Assembly (NCBI RefSeq): GCF_009914755.1
Contig: NC_060927.1
DNA from: the human T2T-CHM13v2.0 reference genome, Homo sapiens
Reading direction: 5' to 3' (one strand)
Length of the DNA: 64,000 nucleotides
Shown here: piece after piece, positions 1-12,407 of the stretch
How the letters are laid out: the number at the start of each line of letters is the position of its first letter
Position numbering within the stretch: position 1 is the first letter of the stretch
Made by a program: the position numbers and the translations under genes
The notes under the pieces: model-generated
The model's input: the letters and a program-made list of their open reading frames with translations, nothing else
What the model was told of the DNA's origin: nothing
Database searches by the model: none

Positions 1-452
1 CTATGGACATTCTGTTCATTTCCAGTATCAGCCAGCTCATCAGACAGGCCCTCCTTTTCCTTTCTCCATTTGACTATTTAGGTTTCGTATTTATTTTGAG
101 AGCTTTTTCCCATGAGAATGAATTGCCCAAGCAGACCCTATGTACATCAATGAGCCAACAGATGATTTTCTTTGCAACTGCAATATCAGTAAGATTAGCA
201 TTCTGTATGGTTTTAAGTCAGTGATTTACTCTGCTATGGCTTGACATAGCTCCTGCCCTTTTCTACAGATACACACAGACTCATTTCTGTAAAGATCAGT
301 GCATAGGCATATTTGAAACCAATGTTTAGCGCTGTGCTAAATTAATCATATAGATTATTTTTAAAATCTTTATAATAACTCTAGGAGAAGGGTATCAATA
401 AACATATATTTGTATGGAGATAAGGGACCAATCATATTCATTAGGTTTGTTA

Positions 453-750
<298 letters not shown>

Positions 751-1334
751 AGTTAGGTTTTCTTAATGGAAAGAAATGAAATTCTTTCAACCCTGTTAGA
801 ATATATAGCAGGATTAGAGGTAACTGATAAGACATTGTGCCAAGTAAAATACATATACTTCCTATCATTGTTTGCCTTACAGCTGAAAAACACCTAAAAA
901 AACTTACCTAGCTTCATGAAGGAGATATACATTCAAAGTATAACCATTCTTTCATTATTAGCTGACACACTATTCTTTGTCTAAAGATTTACCGTGTAAA
1001 TATATTCTTAGTCAAACACGATTCAGTTATTAAATTTGTTTGTAGCATGGTAGCACTTCTGTGGCACTGTAATAACTTTATGCTGTAAACTAGACCCTTT
1101 AATACTCGGTCAGCAGTTCCTTTCTAAGCATCATTGCCATGGCCACTAACATTATCATTAGCCTTTAGTATCTACTATTATCTAAGACTGTGTGTTTTGT
1201 ACCAAAAACACAAAGTTCCAGAAAACAATGTTCCTGGATAAAGGCTCAGGGTTTGTTTTCTATGTGTCAAATGAGTGGAAACTTACTTAAGGAAGAGAGA
1301 AAAGGCATCTGGCTTTCATTTAGCACCTTGAGTC

Positions 1335-1530
1335 AAGCTCTATGCTAAATTATTCATATACATTATTTAAAAATCTTTACAATAACTCTATGAGATGGGT
1401 ATCAATAAACACATATTACAGTTGAGGAAGTTGATGTAAGAGATTTCAATTTAGTAATCCAAGATCACATTGCAACCAGAAGGTAAAGGCTGGAACATGA
1501 ATCTAAAACAAATGGACTCCAAAGACTGTA
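1335..1530 (-). mobile_element. MIR
   Basis: Core-like ACAGTTGAGGAAGTTGA...CCAAGATCACA...GACTCCAAAG. Confidence 0.6.
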
Positions 1531-2069
1531 TTTTCCAATCCTGTGTAGCTTTGCCAATTAATATTAAATTGTCACCAACTCTCTCATTTTATGAGAATAA
1601 AAATGTGAGTCTCATTTTATTGAACCTCTTCTTTAAGACATTTTCTATATTTTTAATTATCGTTTGTGGCTTTCCTATAAATCCTACACAAGTTTTATAT
1701 ATTTATCTAAATCTGTCTAATTCACAACTTAAGACAATTATGACAAAGATCTAAGAAAAGCAAATAATACCTTTGAAATTACAGAACTTTACAGAAGAAA
1801 ATATTTTTACCAATTATTTAATTTAACCCCCTTATTTTATAAATTAAAAAAAACTGTACCCAAAGAGTTCATATAACTTATTACCAAGAAATTTTCTATT
1901 AAAGACTCTTGTTTTCTAATTCCGGATACATGGTATGAAATTGGTTCATTTAATTCAGTCACTTAATCATTCAATGCATATCTATTTCAGATTTTCCACA
2001 TAGAAACACATTGTTGTGAGCATCAGAAAAAATGAGGCACCATAAGAAGATATGGTATTTGTAGACTTA

Positions 2070-2459
<390 letters not shown>

Positions 2460-2479
2460 CTAAAGCATCTGTTCTCCAC

Positions 2480-2842
2480 CTATTACTTTGCATTTCATTC
2501 ACCTCACACCAGCATCTTTGCTTCTCATTGAATATTCTAAGCTCAGTCCATCTTCAGGGCCTTTGCACTATCTGTCCCTTCTGTGTAGAATTACTTTCCC
2601 CTAGGTAACCACATGATGAGTATTCTTATTTCCTTCAGCTATCTGCTCAAACATAACTGTGCCACACAGGGCTTTTGTTATCACCTTATGTAAAATAACA
2701 TATTTTGTAACAATTGTTTGTTTCCTGTTTCTACCCTAAAAGCTCCATGAGGGTAGAGCCTTGGGCTGTCTCAGGACTTAGCACATTGCCTAACACATAG
2801 CAGGAGGTTAATAAATGTTTGCTGAATATGTCAATGAATAAA
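2480..2842 (+). mobile_element. L2 3' end
   Basis: GCTCCATGAGGGTAGAG...ACATAGCAGGAGGTTAATAAATGTTTGCTGAAT. Confidence 0.7.
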
Positions 2843-3510
2843 ACAGGAGACATATTTGAAGATCAAATTTAAGATAGTTCCAAGAAAACTTTAGTAGTAG
2901 TTATGAAAACATTGCCTTTATTAACCCTTTCTATGCTACAGTTTAACATCTGCTAAAGGAACTTGTGTAATGTGTTTTGCAAATTACAGAGAAAATGCTG
3001 ATGTGTTGTAGGGTTTCTGCACATTCACAACATCCCACTAAAAATTATTTTGAATATGATTCTATAGACAATCACTCTCACACCAAGAAATAATTTGGGA
3101 CATTAATTCTGATTTTTCAGTTTAAATGATAGCAAGGTTGCATATGCCCATGTGCTAAAAGAAGTAGACATTATATTTATTACTCTCCTGGCACTGATTA
3201 TCTTAATAGGATTCATTATTGATATATCAAATTATTTATTAAAGCCATCTAACTCACTAATGTTTTCCTATTTTCTTCCTCTACAAATTATTAAAATTAT
3301 TCATCACGTCCTGTTAAATAGGACATTAGTCTATTACATAAGCATCATAGGCTTCCAAGGACTAAGTCTCAGTTCTCATAGTAAGCCCATATTATTTACT
3401 AATCAAATAACTAGTATGTTTTTCAGTTCATTTCCATCAAGGCCTTGGATATTTTATTTGTATTCCACCTTCCCCTTTATAGTCACTGTTTAGTGTTGTT
3501 TATATTTACT

Positions 3511-3645
3511 AAAAAGAAAAGTAAAGAAGCAAAGAAAAAAAAGAAGGAGAGGAGAGGAGAAGAGGCAAACAGGGAGGGAAGGAAGGAGAGAGGGTAAGAA
3601 GGGAGGGAGGGAGAGAAGAAAAGAAAGGTCAAGTAGGTAAGAAAA
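3511..3645 (+). repeat. GA-rich polypurine low-complexity tract
   Basis: Nearly pure G/A run (GGAA/GGGA/GAGA units). Confidence 0.8.
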
Positions 3646-3897
3646 GATCAGGCCCAGCAATTCCATGTGGCCAGGACTTCTACAGTAGAGCAGAACCATT
3701 CCTGTGCTGCCCAGAAGGTACCACTAGTCACTGCTCACTGCTCACCTGGCCCTGCCCACAGGTAGCCAGCTTTTCCTCATGATAGGAATTACCCAGAGCC
3801 CTTGTTAAAGTGTGATTCCCACACCTTCCTATGAAGATTCTAGTTCAATAGATTCGAGATAAGGGGGTCCTGCAAACTGTCCTTAACAGGACTAGAT

Positions 3898-4076
3898 CAA
3901 TGATTATCAAACTCTGCACTGGAGTCACTGGGAGGGCTGGTTAAAACACAGATTGCCCCACCCCAGAGCTTCTGATTCTGCAGGTCTGGGGTGGAGCCCA
4001 AGAATTCGCACTTCTAACAAGCTCCCATGTGGCACTGATGTTCCTGGTCAGGAAAATCACACCTCGAGAACCATTT
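3898..4076. mobile_element. MER5A-type hAT-Charlie MITE nested in an older MER5-family copy (~3765-4125)
   Basis: CAATGATTATCAAACT...GAGAACCATT termini; 8-bp TSD GACTAGAT (3890-3897) / TACTAGAT (4077-4084). Confidence 0.75.
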
Positions 4077-4856
4077 TACTAGATCATTCCTATAACCAGG
4101 TGAATTTGGAAGAAATCACCACTGTAGCAAATTTCTCTGAAGCTGTCATTGGAATGACGTATTATGTTTTTATCTAACCCTGTAATTACCCTGATTTAGA
4201 TGTCACCAATAATTTTCTATGAGTCAGAAATCAGTTTCAAACACATCTCTGTGAGCTCGATACAGAGAGAAATAAAGGAGTCCAATGTGCTGCTCTTTCT
4301 TTATCAAGGTAAAAACACTAGTTTAAGCCATGTGGATGCTGCCAAAATGCCTAGAGTGTATACTATAAAGAGTTAATACAATAACAAATCAGGATAAAGA
4401 AGCCTATTCAAAGAACACAGACAGCTTTCAATGTCTGTATTCCTGGGTCAGACTCAGGTCTCTGGTATGTCACCACATAGCACCTATTGGAATGAGCAAG
4501 AGCTAATTTTTTAAAAGCTGATTTAGACACGCCTATTATTTAGAGATCCAAATTGGGCCACTGGGGCTTTAGGAATGGTACTTCGCAGCTCAGTGCAGCC
4601 ACTATAAACTCAAGCCGGTTGTATCACTACTTTCCATGAGGAATTTAAGGGGTGTGACTGCATCCTTTCCAACCCTACATTCCACATGTGACAAAACCGA
4701 TCCAGCTGTTTGTCTGAAAGAAATTCCTCACTGTCCTTAAATATTAAAAAGCAAGTGGATATCCATCCTCAGGGGCAAGTCTCCAGCTGGAACCTGGTAC
4801 AGGCAGTTGCGAAACAAAGACAGTGCCCTGGAGAACATCTGCTTTTGAATTCTTAC

Positions 4857-5133
4857 CTCGCCATAGGGGGGTTAGCCCCATCTTGCTTTTTGAAATGGCA
4901 GATTCTGGATGGAGGGTGATGGCTTGGCCCAAAGCTCTTGAGAAGTGTTCATCCACTACTGACCCAATGTCTCCCTGGAAATAAGTGAAAAGGACACAGC
5001 GAGAGTTAAGGTACTCCATCTCGGCAGGCTGGTCTTTCTCCTCCTCCTCCTCCTCCTCATCCTCCTCCTCTTGTTTGCTGGGAAGGGTGACTTCCAGAGA
5101 GTCCTGCATCTTGCTGAATACCGCTAACTTCTT
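4857..5133 (-). CDS. VGLL3: VGLL3 coding exon 2 (277 nt): poly-Glu tract and TONDU/Vg TEAD-binding motif; gene continues beyond the left edge
   Basis: Acceptor ...ATCCCAG|AAG at 5134/5133 and donor GAG|GTAAGA at 4857/4856 (phase 1). Peptide KKLAVFSKMQD...EEEDEEEEEEE...RCVLFTYFQGDIGSVVDEHFSRAL contains the vestigial-family VxxHF motif (4930-4998). Confidence 0.97.
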
Positions 5134-5904
5134 CTGGGATGGAATAAACAAAACACAGTATCAAAGACAGTTTGTAGAAAAGCATTCACTAGTTAAGTTT
5201 TCACTTTTTTAAAAAAAGAATCTAAATATTAACATATGTTTGCAAACTGATTCTTCTTCATCTGTTTTACTCCATCTTTTTCCTCCCCAAACCAGTTGCC
5301 TCCTTCCCACACTAAAAAAAATACAACAAAAACTCTGTGATTCTACATTTGGCAAACGAACATAAAAGCCCATTATCAAATAGTATATTTTCAATACAAG
5401 ATTTTGTTTTTGCTTTTGTTTTTGTTTTGCTTTTTGTTTTTTCATCTAGCTAGGCCAACAGGAGAATTACTTTTTTAAAAAGTTTTTCTTCCCAGTTTTG
5501 GTTTATTTTTAAAAATGCAATGTACAGCAGTGTTATGGTTTAGGACAGAGAGGAATGACTGTCTGGGGGTGGAGTGGAGAAGAAAAGAACTTTTCATAAA
5601 TAAAATAAACTAAAATAAAAACAGGAATGTAGCATCTTATAAAAGGATTTGGCAGATGTGCTGAACTCATGTCTTCAAAAATCAAACTAAAATGGCAAAA
5701 TAAGTCTGTGTGAAGATGCATTTTGCATGGAACATATTTTTTAGATGTTCCGTTTACCACCATTATCATGAGGGGAAAAGATTTCATTATGGCTTAGTGA
5801 AAATATTACAAAATACTAGTAGTGGGTTAATCTTTCAATTAAAAATGAGAAAGATTTGTTAATTTAAAATGTTTAAAAATATAATTCTAATAATAATATA
5901 CATT

Positions 5905-6075
5905 ATTTCAGACATGTTTCTAAAACTTTATATTTATCACCTCACTTAATCTTTACAATTCTATAACATGGCTATTAATACTATCCATATTGTAAAGATT
6001 AAAAAGCTAAAGCACAGAAAAATTAAGTTACTTGCCAAAAGTCACAAATCATGTAAGCTGCAGAGTCAGAATGCA
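5905..6075 (-). mobile_element. MIR
   Basis: CTCACTTAATCTTTACAA...AAGTTACTTGCCAAAAGTCACA. Confidence 0.6.
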
Positions 6076-8477
6076 TAAGAAAAACATACAGGTATAGACA
6101 TGTGTGTGCATATATATGTTCTGAGGAATGGCAGGGAGGGATATCTAGCATATAGATATGCGTGTGCATACATTTGGTGGGGAAAGGCAGGGAGGGATAT
6201 CTAGAGTAAAAAAATTACAAAAATGTATTTTGTATTGTTTTTCTGTGTAATACGTTTATAGTTAATTGTCATTTTCTTATTTCTGCTTTTCAGTATTTCC
6301 AAACATTTTTCACTGAGCACATATTCCATTTATTATCAACTTCAATGCGAATTACATATAAGGAGATAATGCTAAAGATATGAAATGTATTATTCTAGTG
6401 ACGAAATGAGCTTTCTCTGTCATCTTTATGTCTGCAAAACCTGATCCTTGATCATACCTTTTTTTTTTTTTTACTTTGAAAAAAACGCATGCTGGAAAAT
6501 GAATGTGAGTAGAAATAGATAAATCACTCCAGAATACCCAGTAATTTTTCAAATGTTAGCAAAATACATACCCCAGACTCTATATTTCTAATGTAATTAC
6601 TAGCTTCAATATCTATAGCTTCAAATTATAAATGCACCATTCAATAAATTGGTCCCTTTCCCCTAGCAGTGAATATGTTGTTCTTGTATAAGGTGAGTAC
6701 TGAAATATTCAGAAATACTATGAACTTCTAGTTATCGTTTCAGGATGGTTATTTATAAATATGTGTTTTGCTTTTATTTAAAATTCGTATCAGTATGGTT
6801 ATGATTTGTTGATGAATAGATAATTCATACTTTGTAAGTGAATGTGCCTTGCTGATGAATAGATGATTGCTTTTATTTCTCATAATCTACCTCTGCACAG
6901 ATTTGAACATGTTTATATTTAACTTCAATAGTATAAACACCATAGAAACATATGGTATGTGTAAAATGAGGGAATCGAACTAAATAACCTCTAAAACTAT
7001 TCCTAGTTTTAAATTCCATTAAAAAATTAAATGAATATTATGATTTATTAGTCAAATCACAGTGCTGCTTCTTCGGGTGCATGTGTATTTACCTAAAACA
7101 TGTATTGTTTTAACCATATGCACACACTCTCTGCTGAATATTCGGGCACATTAGAAAGCAGCTCTGTTTTTCTATGAAAAAAAAAAACCCTAAAACCTAT
7201 CTACATGGTGGCATCATTGTCCACAAGTGTTCATTCTTATCCGTGAAACTAATTTCTTTTTTCTGTTAATGTCCAGCTCAGCATCAGTTTGTGAGAGTGG
7301 GGCTTTGCATATAAATGCTTTATTTGTTTAATTGTAACATTCATTCTTTAAATAGAAGAGCCTGGCTACATTAACAATCCAAATAAAGTCAAAGTTTTAT
7401 TTTATCCTTAATTGACAGCAATTAATTCTTAGATGAAATAAAATTGAAGTTATATATATGTAAAGGATTTGAAGGCCATGAATCCTGATACAAACGTCAA
7501 ATAGTATTCTTATCAATAGTAGCAATCATAAAATATCAATTTTAAAATCGATATTTTAAAATCCATTAAACTATTGTATTTAAACTATAGAATTTCAATT
7601 GATTTAAGATTTCACAGTTTTCTAAATGCTTCATAATATTGTGTTACTTTTCCTACCAATTTTTCAATGGTTGGATAGAAATAAACTAACCTAAAAATTA
7701 TATTTTTCAATATGCAATGGGAAATAGTAAGCAAAAGCTGCCCCTGCATTAAAATATCTGTCATCAGTTTATTTTAGAAAAAGAATTCTCTCATTGTATG
7801 TATTCTTTATATTCTTTTTATTTCATATATGTAATATATCTATATTTACATAAATATGTATACTGAAATATTCCTTTTTGATATAGCAAATATATATGGT
7901 TCTTTAAAATATTTATACTGATTCCTCTAATTAAATAAAATTTTTTGTAATGATTATATACTTTCTTTTTTCTTTTTATCTCTCTCGATTCTTTTACTAA
8001 TTAAATAAATTTGCTAGAAAACTATCAAACAAATAAAATGAAAAAAGCTTCTATCTACCCATAGGCAGGACACAAGAATGTCTACCGTTGCCACTTGCAA
8101 TTTTTTTTCAGATAAAGTTAGGTTAATTTTCACAGATTATAATGAACCAATTTAAATATTTACGTTTACAACACACACAAGCACACACACACTCACATAC
8201 ACAGACATAGCCTCACAATCAACAGTACTGGTTAAAATAAGAATCTCAAAGTATCCAAATGGCCTGATAACTCACTAATGTGCCAAGGTTGAATTTGCAT
8301 ACTTGTTTTTAACATTAAGTGCGATCATGAGGAAAACAGAAATACAGCATTTAAACAGCAATGGATTCAAATGCTGCCTTTCATCCCATCTTAATTTCAT
8401 TCTCCATAGACTCTGGTGCCTCAACTACTTTCTAATGTCTGTGTTCTGTTGACTGTAAATCAATTTATTGCTTTTTT

Positions 8478-8776
<299 letters not shown>

Positions 8777-9708
8777 CTGCTTTTTTTTTTTTTTTAACTA
8801 AGTATTTTGCTCATAAGCACTTCTGCCACATTCTGTATTCACTTGGTGTTTGCTCCTTCAGTGAAATTTTCCTGGTGTTACATTCTTTCTTGGGAATAAT
8901 ATATAAAATTCAAAACATCGAGACTAAATATCAAATCATCAGAACCAAGATTTCCTGATTGAAGGTCACAATGTAATCTAATTGGTATTTTTCTCAAAAT
9001 GCACAATCACTTCCTAAAAATATCCAGATTTCTCAGAAATATTTATGTTTTTCTTCGAAGACCCTGCAGAAATTTTAACAAAAATAAAGTCATCTAAAGG
9101 GATTTTAAAGACTACAAGTTGTTGTTTTTCTTAAATGCACATTTATGTCTCTTCACCACTACATAGTTATGACAATTTTTCCCTTGGTAAAATGACTCTG
9201 GAGTAAGATGAAACAATAAATGGGTTAATAGTTATAAAGTTAAAGCTAACTCACAAAGAGGTTAAAGTATCAATGTGGAGAGTTCGCTTGGGCAGTACAG
9301 ACCATATCCAACCACCACACTGCTTGCCATTAGGCACAACAGCAACAAATTTTTCAGCAGGAATGTGCAGGGGAAGGATTTGTCTGACAAGAGAAAGACT
9401 TCCATGTCAGGAGCCAAATACCACTAACTCCCCAAGGCTTAAGCCTACAAAATGCCAAATGATTACCGTGCATATGTGGAAACTTTTTTTCCTAGGGAAA
9501 CAAAAGTATTTTAATGAATCACTGGAGTCTTTGGATATTTAGAAACAGATTTAAAAATAAAATCTACTGGCTATCTTTTTAAAATACAATGATTCTTTCA
9601 TATTCAAAAACATGATTGGAGCTATAAGAAGAAATCACTATCCCAGGGTAAATATTTCAAAATCATAGAGGACATAAAAGCAGCACATTACTCTGTGACC
9701 ATATATAT

Positions 9709-10017
9709 TTTTTTTCTTTTGAGACAGGTTCTCGCTCTCATTTGCACTCATTGCACTCATTGCCCAGGCTGGAGTGCAATGGCGTGACCACGGCTCACTG
9801 CAGCCTCCACCTCTCAGGCTCAAATGATTATCTCACTTCAACTGGGACTACAGGTGTGTGCCACCATGCTGGCCTTATTTTTTATTCTAATTTTTTTGTA
9901 GTGACAGGATCTCACTATGTTGCCAGGGTTGGTCTCCAACTCCCGGCCTTAAGTGATCCTCCTGCCTCAGCCTCCCAGAAGTGTTGGGATTACAGGCATG
10001 AGCCACCGTGCCTGGCC
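9709..10017 (-). mobile_element. AluJ with internal CTCATTGCA triplication and a short deletion
   Basis: CACTGCAGCCTCCACCTC..GGCTCAA, TCTCACTATGTTGCCAGG (J-type features). Confidence 0.9.
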
Positions 10018-12347
10018 ACATATTTCCTAATTTACTTGGATAACAGATTTTGGTTCTTAGTCTATTTGGAGAAGGATAGGTCAAGTTATATGAGGTTGGG
10101 TCAAGTTAAGGAACATATATCACAAATCTTTTGTATATTTCATTTCACATAACTGTCCTCTCACATACACATATTTTGTCAGAATAAGTATTCCCAAGTA
10201 ATAAGTTAATATGCAAATTACTGGGTCAGGATGGCCTAACTATAATGGTAAGTGGCAGAGATGGGATTAGAACCTATTTCTGTCTGTTTACAAAGCATGT
10301 ACCCAGAAAATAGACTAAAGAAAATGTGTCTCTACGATATTTATTTTAACTGAATAAACAGACAAACAGAAAACATCAGTCAGCATGGCATCACATGCTA
10401 ACTAGGACAGTCTAAAATTCATGACATTAAAAAGTTAGAGATTAAACAATGTCATGCTTTTAAAAACATATATAATTCTAGGTGAAATTGAACTTCTATG
10501 TCTAAGAACATATTATCTCCTTGACAAATCAGATACATAAAACAATTGTCTACAATTTTTCTGAAAATCTTATTTTGGAAATTTGACCAGTCAGTCTGTG
10601 AGACAAAATCACACCTCAGGATTCTGTGTTTGTTTCTCTGTTTTTGTTAACAGTAGGGAGGAGCCAACCGAAAATAATATAACTTAACAGGATGAGTTAC
10701 TTTTGAGTGCATTTGCCTCTAAATGATTCTTGACATTATCAAAAAATCAAACCTAACCCCTCCAAGGAAGAAAAATTGCCAGTTTTGATGATGTTCAAAA
10801 AAATGTGCCACAGGCTTAGAGGCGATTTCAAAATTTACATTCCCAAAATGTTTTAAGCAATGATCATATCATGAGGGTATGTGTTCTCTCTCAAACCAAC
10901 TACTTTGAAGGAGACAACAGTTTCCAACATATAAATTTCTAGTTAGTTTGTATAATTCTATTACTAGACTTAGGGTATAATTTCATTTTTAAGGTAATTT
11001 ATCCATTATTCATTAATTTATCTAGTTGTCAATTAATACCTACCTTGTGTCAGAAATTATGCAAAGACTTGGAGTCACAAAGATGAAAGTCATAGCCTGT
11101 TCCTAAACTCAAACTTCTCATAGTTAATTGGAAGAGTATAGTAAGGGCAATAATAAATAAAGAGAGCCTCATGGTTTATTTATATGGCTGATGGCATTAT
11201 AATCTCTAAGTGGCTAATATTCCAAAATTTAAAAGTAAGAAAATTCAAAAGATAACATAGGTTAATTACTAACTGTTTTCTTGTTTCTAAAGCAGCACAG
11301 ATGGGAAGGGAATTCAATAAAAAAGAACTGAAATGGGAAAGAAGATTTGACCGAAACTATTTCCATGAGTCTGAGCAAGCCACTGAAGCTTCTGGCCCTT
11401 AGCTTCCTCTTTTGAAAACAAGAAACTTTGATTTGATTGTCTCAGAGGTCTCTCATCCAACTCTATATCTTAATAAGCAACATGCTGGAGCTCTAGACAA
11501 ATTCACACTTAATTTTCTTTCTTACATTGGCTGCCTCTTCTGATATTTAGCCAAAAAAACCCTACAGATCATTGAAGAACAATTTATTTTCAGACATGGG
11601 TCATCTAGCCCAATTCCTAGGAATTAGTTATGGCACTTCGTTTATCTGTCTTCATATTAACAAGAAAGGATAGACTTTTAGAGTCCCCCTACTGCATCCT
11701 CCAATGACAAGTGTTTTGGCATACTGAAATCATTTGGTTTTAAGGAGAAATGACACCTGTTGAATTTAAGTCATTCTTCTTTTCTTCTTCAACTAAAGAA
11801 GGAGACAAGTGAAAAATGGTTCAGTTACCCTAGTTCAGACCACACTTGTAAATTACTGGCGTAAATCTGGTATCCACTGAACTATCAGTAAATATGGATT
11901 TATGAGTTGTTCTAGCAGCAGCTGTTTGGGTCTAATGGTTCAAGGCAGTCTTAGGTCTTCCTAAATGAGTAGTCAGAGCAGAAAACCAGCTGCTTAAAGA
12001 GATGTGTTTTGAAAGGTTCAGAGCAGAGCTTAGCTCAAAAGTTTTGCTTTCACTGTCCCTGACAGAGCCTCAAATTCAACTCTTAGAGAGCTTTTGCTTC
12101 TTGAATAAAAATGTTTTCTTGGAGGTAATACCCTAACATATTATCTATTACAAGATATATTAGTTTTCAGATTTTTAAAAAGTTAGTTGGACACAGAGCC
12201 TATGGAAGTGAGAACCAAGCTAAGCACCCAGGTCTTAGAATGACAGTCACCTAGCTTACAAGTTTGCTTTAAGATCTGCCTTAGGCATCATAAGCATAAT
12301 AGTTTTATTCCCATTGAAAATTCCCTTTGCACAGATAGATATGACAA

Positions 12348-12407
12348 ATATATATATATATACACACACACATGTATACACACACACACATATACACACA
12401 CGCACAT
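12348..12407. repeat. (TA)n/(CA)n compound microsatellite
   Basis: Read directly. Confidence 0.9.

Noticed and set aside
3152-3493. Hydrophobic 113-aa ORF and similar AT-rich ORFs (e.g. 25915-26319)
   Set aside because: Non-ATG starts and Ile/Leu/Phe bias from AT-rich composition; no splice or homology support.
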